A stretch of DNA of 43,920 bases from an uncultured Eubacteriales bacterium (GTDB lineage: Bacteria > Bacillota > Clostridia > Christensenellales > Pumilibacteraceae): assembly GCA_949289095.1 (NCBI GenBank), contig CASEMM010000113.1, positions 1 to 43,920 of the forward strand, given 5' to 3'. The notes below the pieces were generated by a model. That model was not told where the DNA came from. It searched no databases and was given only the letters and a program-made list of their open reading frames with translations. Every line of letters begins with the position of its first letter. Positions within the stretch are counted from its first letter, which is position 1. Of the stretch, positions 43,083 through 43,920 are shown in pieces. The translations under genes and the position numbers were made by a program.

Positions 43083-43709
43083 ATGAAAGTACTTATGATC
43101 AACGGAAGTCCTCACAGGGACGGTTGCACGAACGCCGCGCTGACCGTGATAGGGAATACTCTTGCAGAACAGGGTATAGACAGCGAGATCGTGCATATAG
43201 GCGGTGCGCGTATAAGCGGGTGCGTTGCGTGCGGGTATTGCCGCAAAAGCGGCTCGCGGCGCTGCGCGATAAAGGACGATATCGTCAACGAAGTGATAGA
43301 AAAGCTGGACGCCGCGGACGGACTTGTCGTCGGTACGCCGGTATATTACGCGTCGCCGAACGGCAGCATCGTAAGTCTGCTTGACCGCGTGTTTTATGCT
43401 CACGGCGGCTATCCGCACAAGCCCGCGGCGGCGATAGCGTCCGCACGCAGAGCGGGGACCGTCGTCAGCGTGGACGAGCTGAACAAGTATTTTACGATAA
43501 GTCAGATGCCCATCGTCTCTTCCACCTATTGGAACGAGGTGCACGGTTCGCGGGCGGAGGACGTGCAGAAAGACGAAGAGGGCGTTGCGACCATGCGCAA
43601 TCTCGCGCTTAACATGGCGTGGATGCTCAGATGTATAGAGTGCGGCAGGGCAAACGGCATATTGCCGCCCGAAGTAGGCAGCGTTCCGAGGACGAATTTT
43701 ATCAGATGA
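43083..43709 (+). CDS. Flavodoxin-like FMN reductase / iron-sulfur flavoprotein family
   Basis: MKVLMINGSPHRDGCTN, Cys cluster CVACGYCRKSGSRRC, and GTPVYYASPNG. Confidence 0.8.
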   Translation: MKVLMINGSPHRDGCTNAALTVIGNTLAEQGIDSEIVHIGGARISGCVACGYCRKSGSRRCAIKDDIVNEVIEKLDAADGLVVGTPVYYASPNGSIVSLLDRVFYAHGGYPHKPAAAIASARRAGTVVSVDELNKYFTISQMPIVSSTYWNEVHGSRAEDVQKDEEGVATMRNLALNMAWMLRCIECGRANGILPPEVGSVPRTNFIR

Positions 43710-43741
43710 CGGCGTAAACCGTCGCGCGAAAAGGAGAAAAC

Positions 43742-43918
43742 ATGTCGCTTCCGCAAGATCCGTATATTCTGCTCGGGTACGTCAACATGAAACTGCGCGA
43801 CAGCTATTCGTCACTTGACGAGCTGTGCGAAGAGGAGGGAGTAAGCAAGGACGAGATAGTGTCCGCCCTTGCCTCCGCAGGCTTCTCATACGACGAAAAG
43901 CACAACGCTTTCGTCTAG
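43742..43918 (+). CDS. DUF4250-family small protein
   Basis: 58 aa (below the track cutoff): MSLPQDPYILLGYVNMKLRDSYSSLDELCEEEGVSKDEIVSALASAGFSYDEKHNAFV. SD AAGGAGAA. TAG at 43916-43918. Confidence 0.7.
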   Translation: MSLPQDPYILLGYVNMKLRDSYSSLDELCEEEGVSKDEIVSALASAGFSYDEKHNAFV

Positions 43919-43920
43919 CG

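Overview
This is a 43.9-kb chromosomal window from a GC-rich, spore-forming Firmicute. It looks Clostridia-like because yyaC, a spoVB-like flippase, spoIIR, sleB-ypeB and spoVG are all present. I found no rRNA, tRNA, CRISPR array or transposase. About 45 protein genes are supportable. Most are housekeeping: the mfd 3' end, a prsA-like PPIase, hisC, rplM-rpsI, glcK, a pepV-like dipeptidase, ispE, a dnaD/dnaC-like pair, cysE-cysS, ogg, a trmH-like gene and guaA. All product calls come from motif recognition by eye; no database search was run. The long Arg-rich ORFs antisense to real genes in the ORF track are GC-driven shadow frames and are not reported. The main accessory region lies downstream of guaA (33.9-42.1 kb). 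It holds a small serine recombinase. Next to it, two perfect 26-bp inverted repeats with hix/gix-like 12-2-12 architecture bracket a 101-bp promoter cassette. That cassette faces a tightly translationally coupled operon: an adenylation-carrier didomain protein, a GPH/MFS_2 (MelB/Mfsd2a-like) transporter, two PlsC-type acyltransferases, a stand-alone ACP, an LRAT(NlpC/P60)-Sfp phosphopantetheinyl transferase fusion, and a zinc-ribbon membrane protein. I read this as a candidate phase-variable, self-contained lipid re-acylation (Lands-cycle-like) system. A second pattern across the window is leaderless transcription. At least six genes have near-consensus sigma-A promoters whose -10 box ends 6-8 nt before an ATG with no Shine-Dalgarno, and twice the upstream gene's TGA stop sits inside the TTGACA -35 box. 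Smaller oddities include an in-frame TAG splitting one reading frame, an A7 tract where a 1-nt deletion would fuse the two acyltransferases, a terminator hairpin that doubles as the ispE promoter, and an attenuator-like hairpin in the rplM leader.
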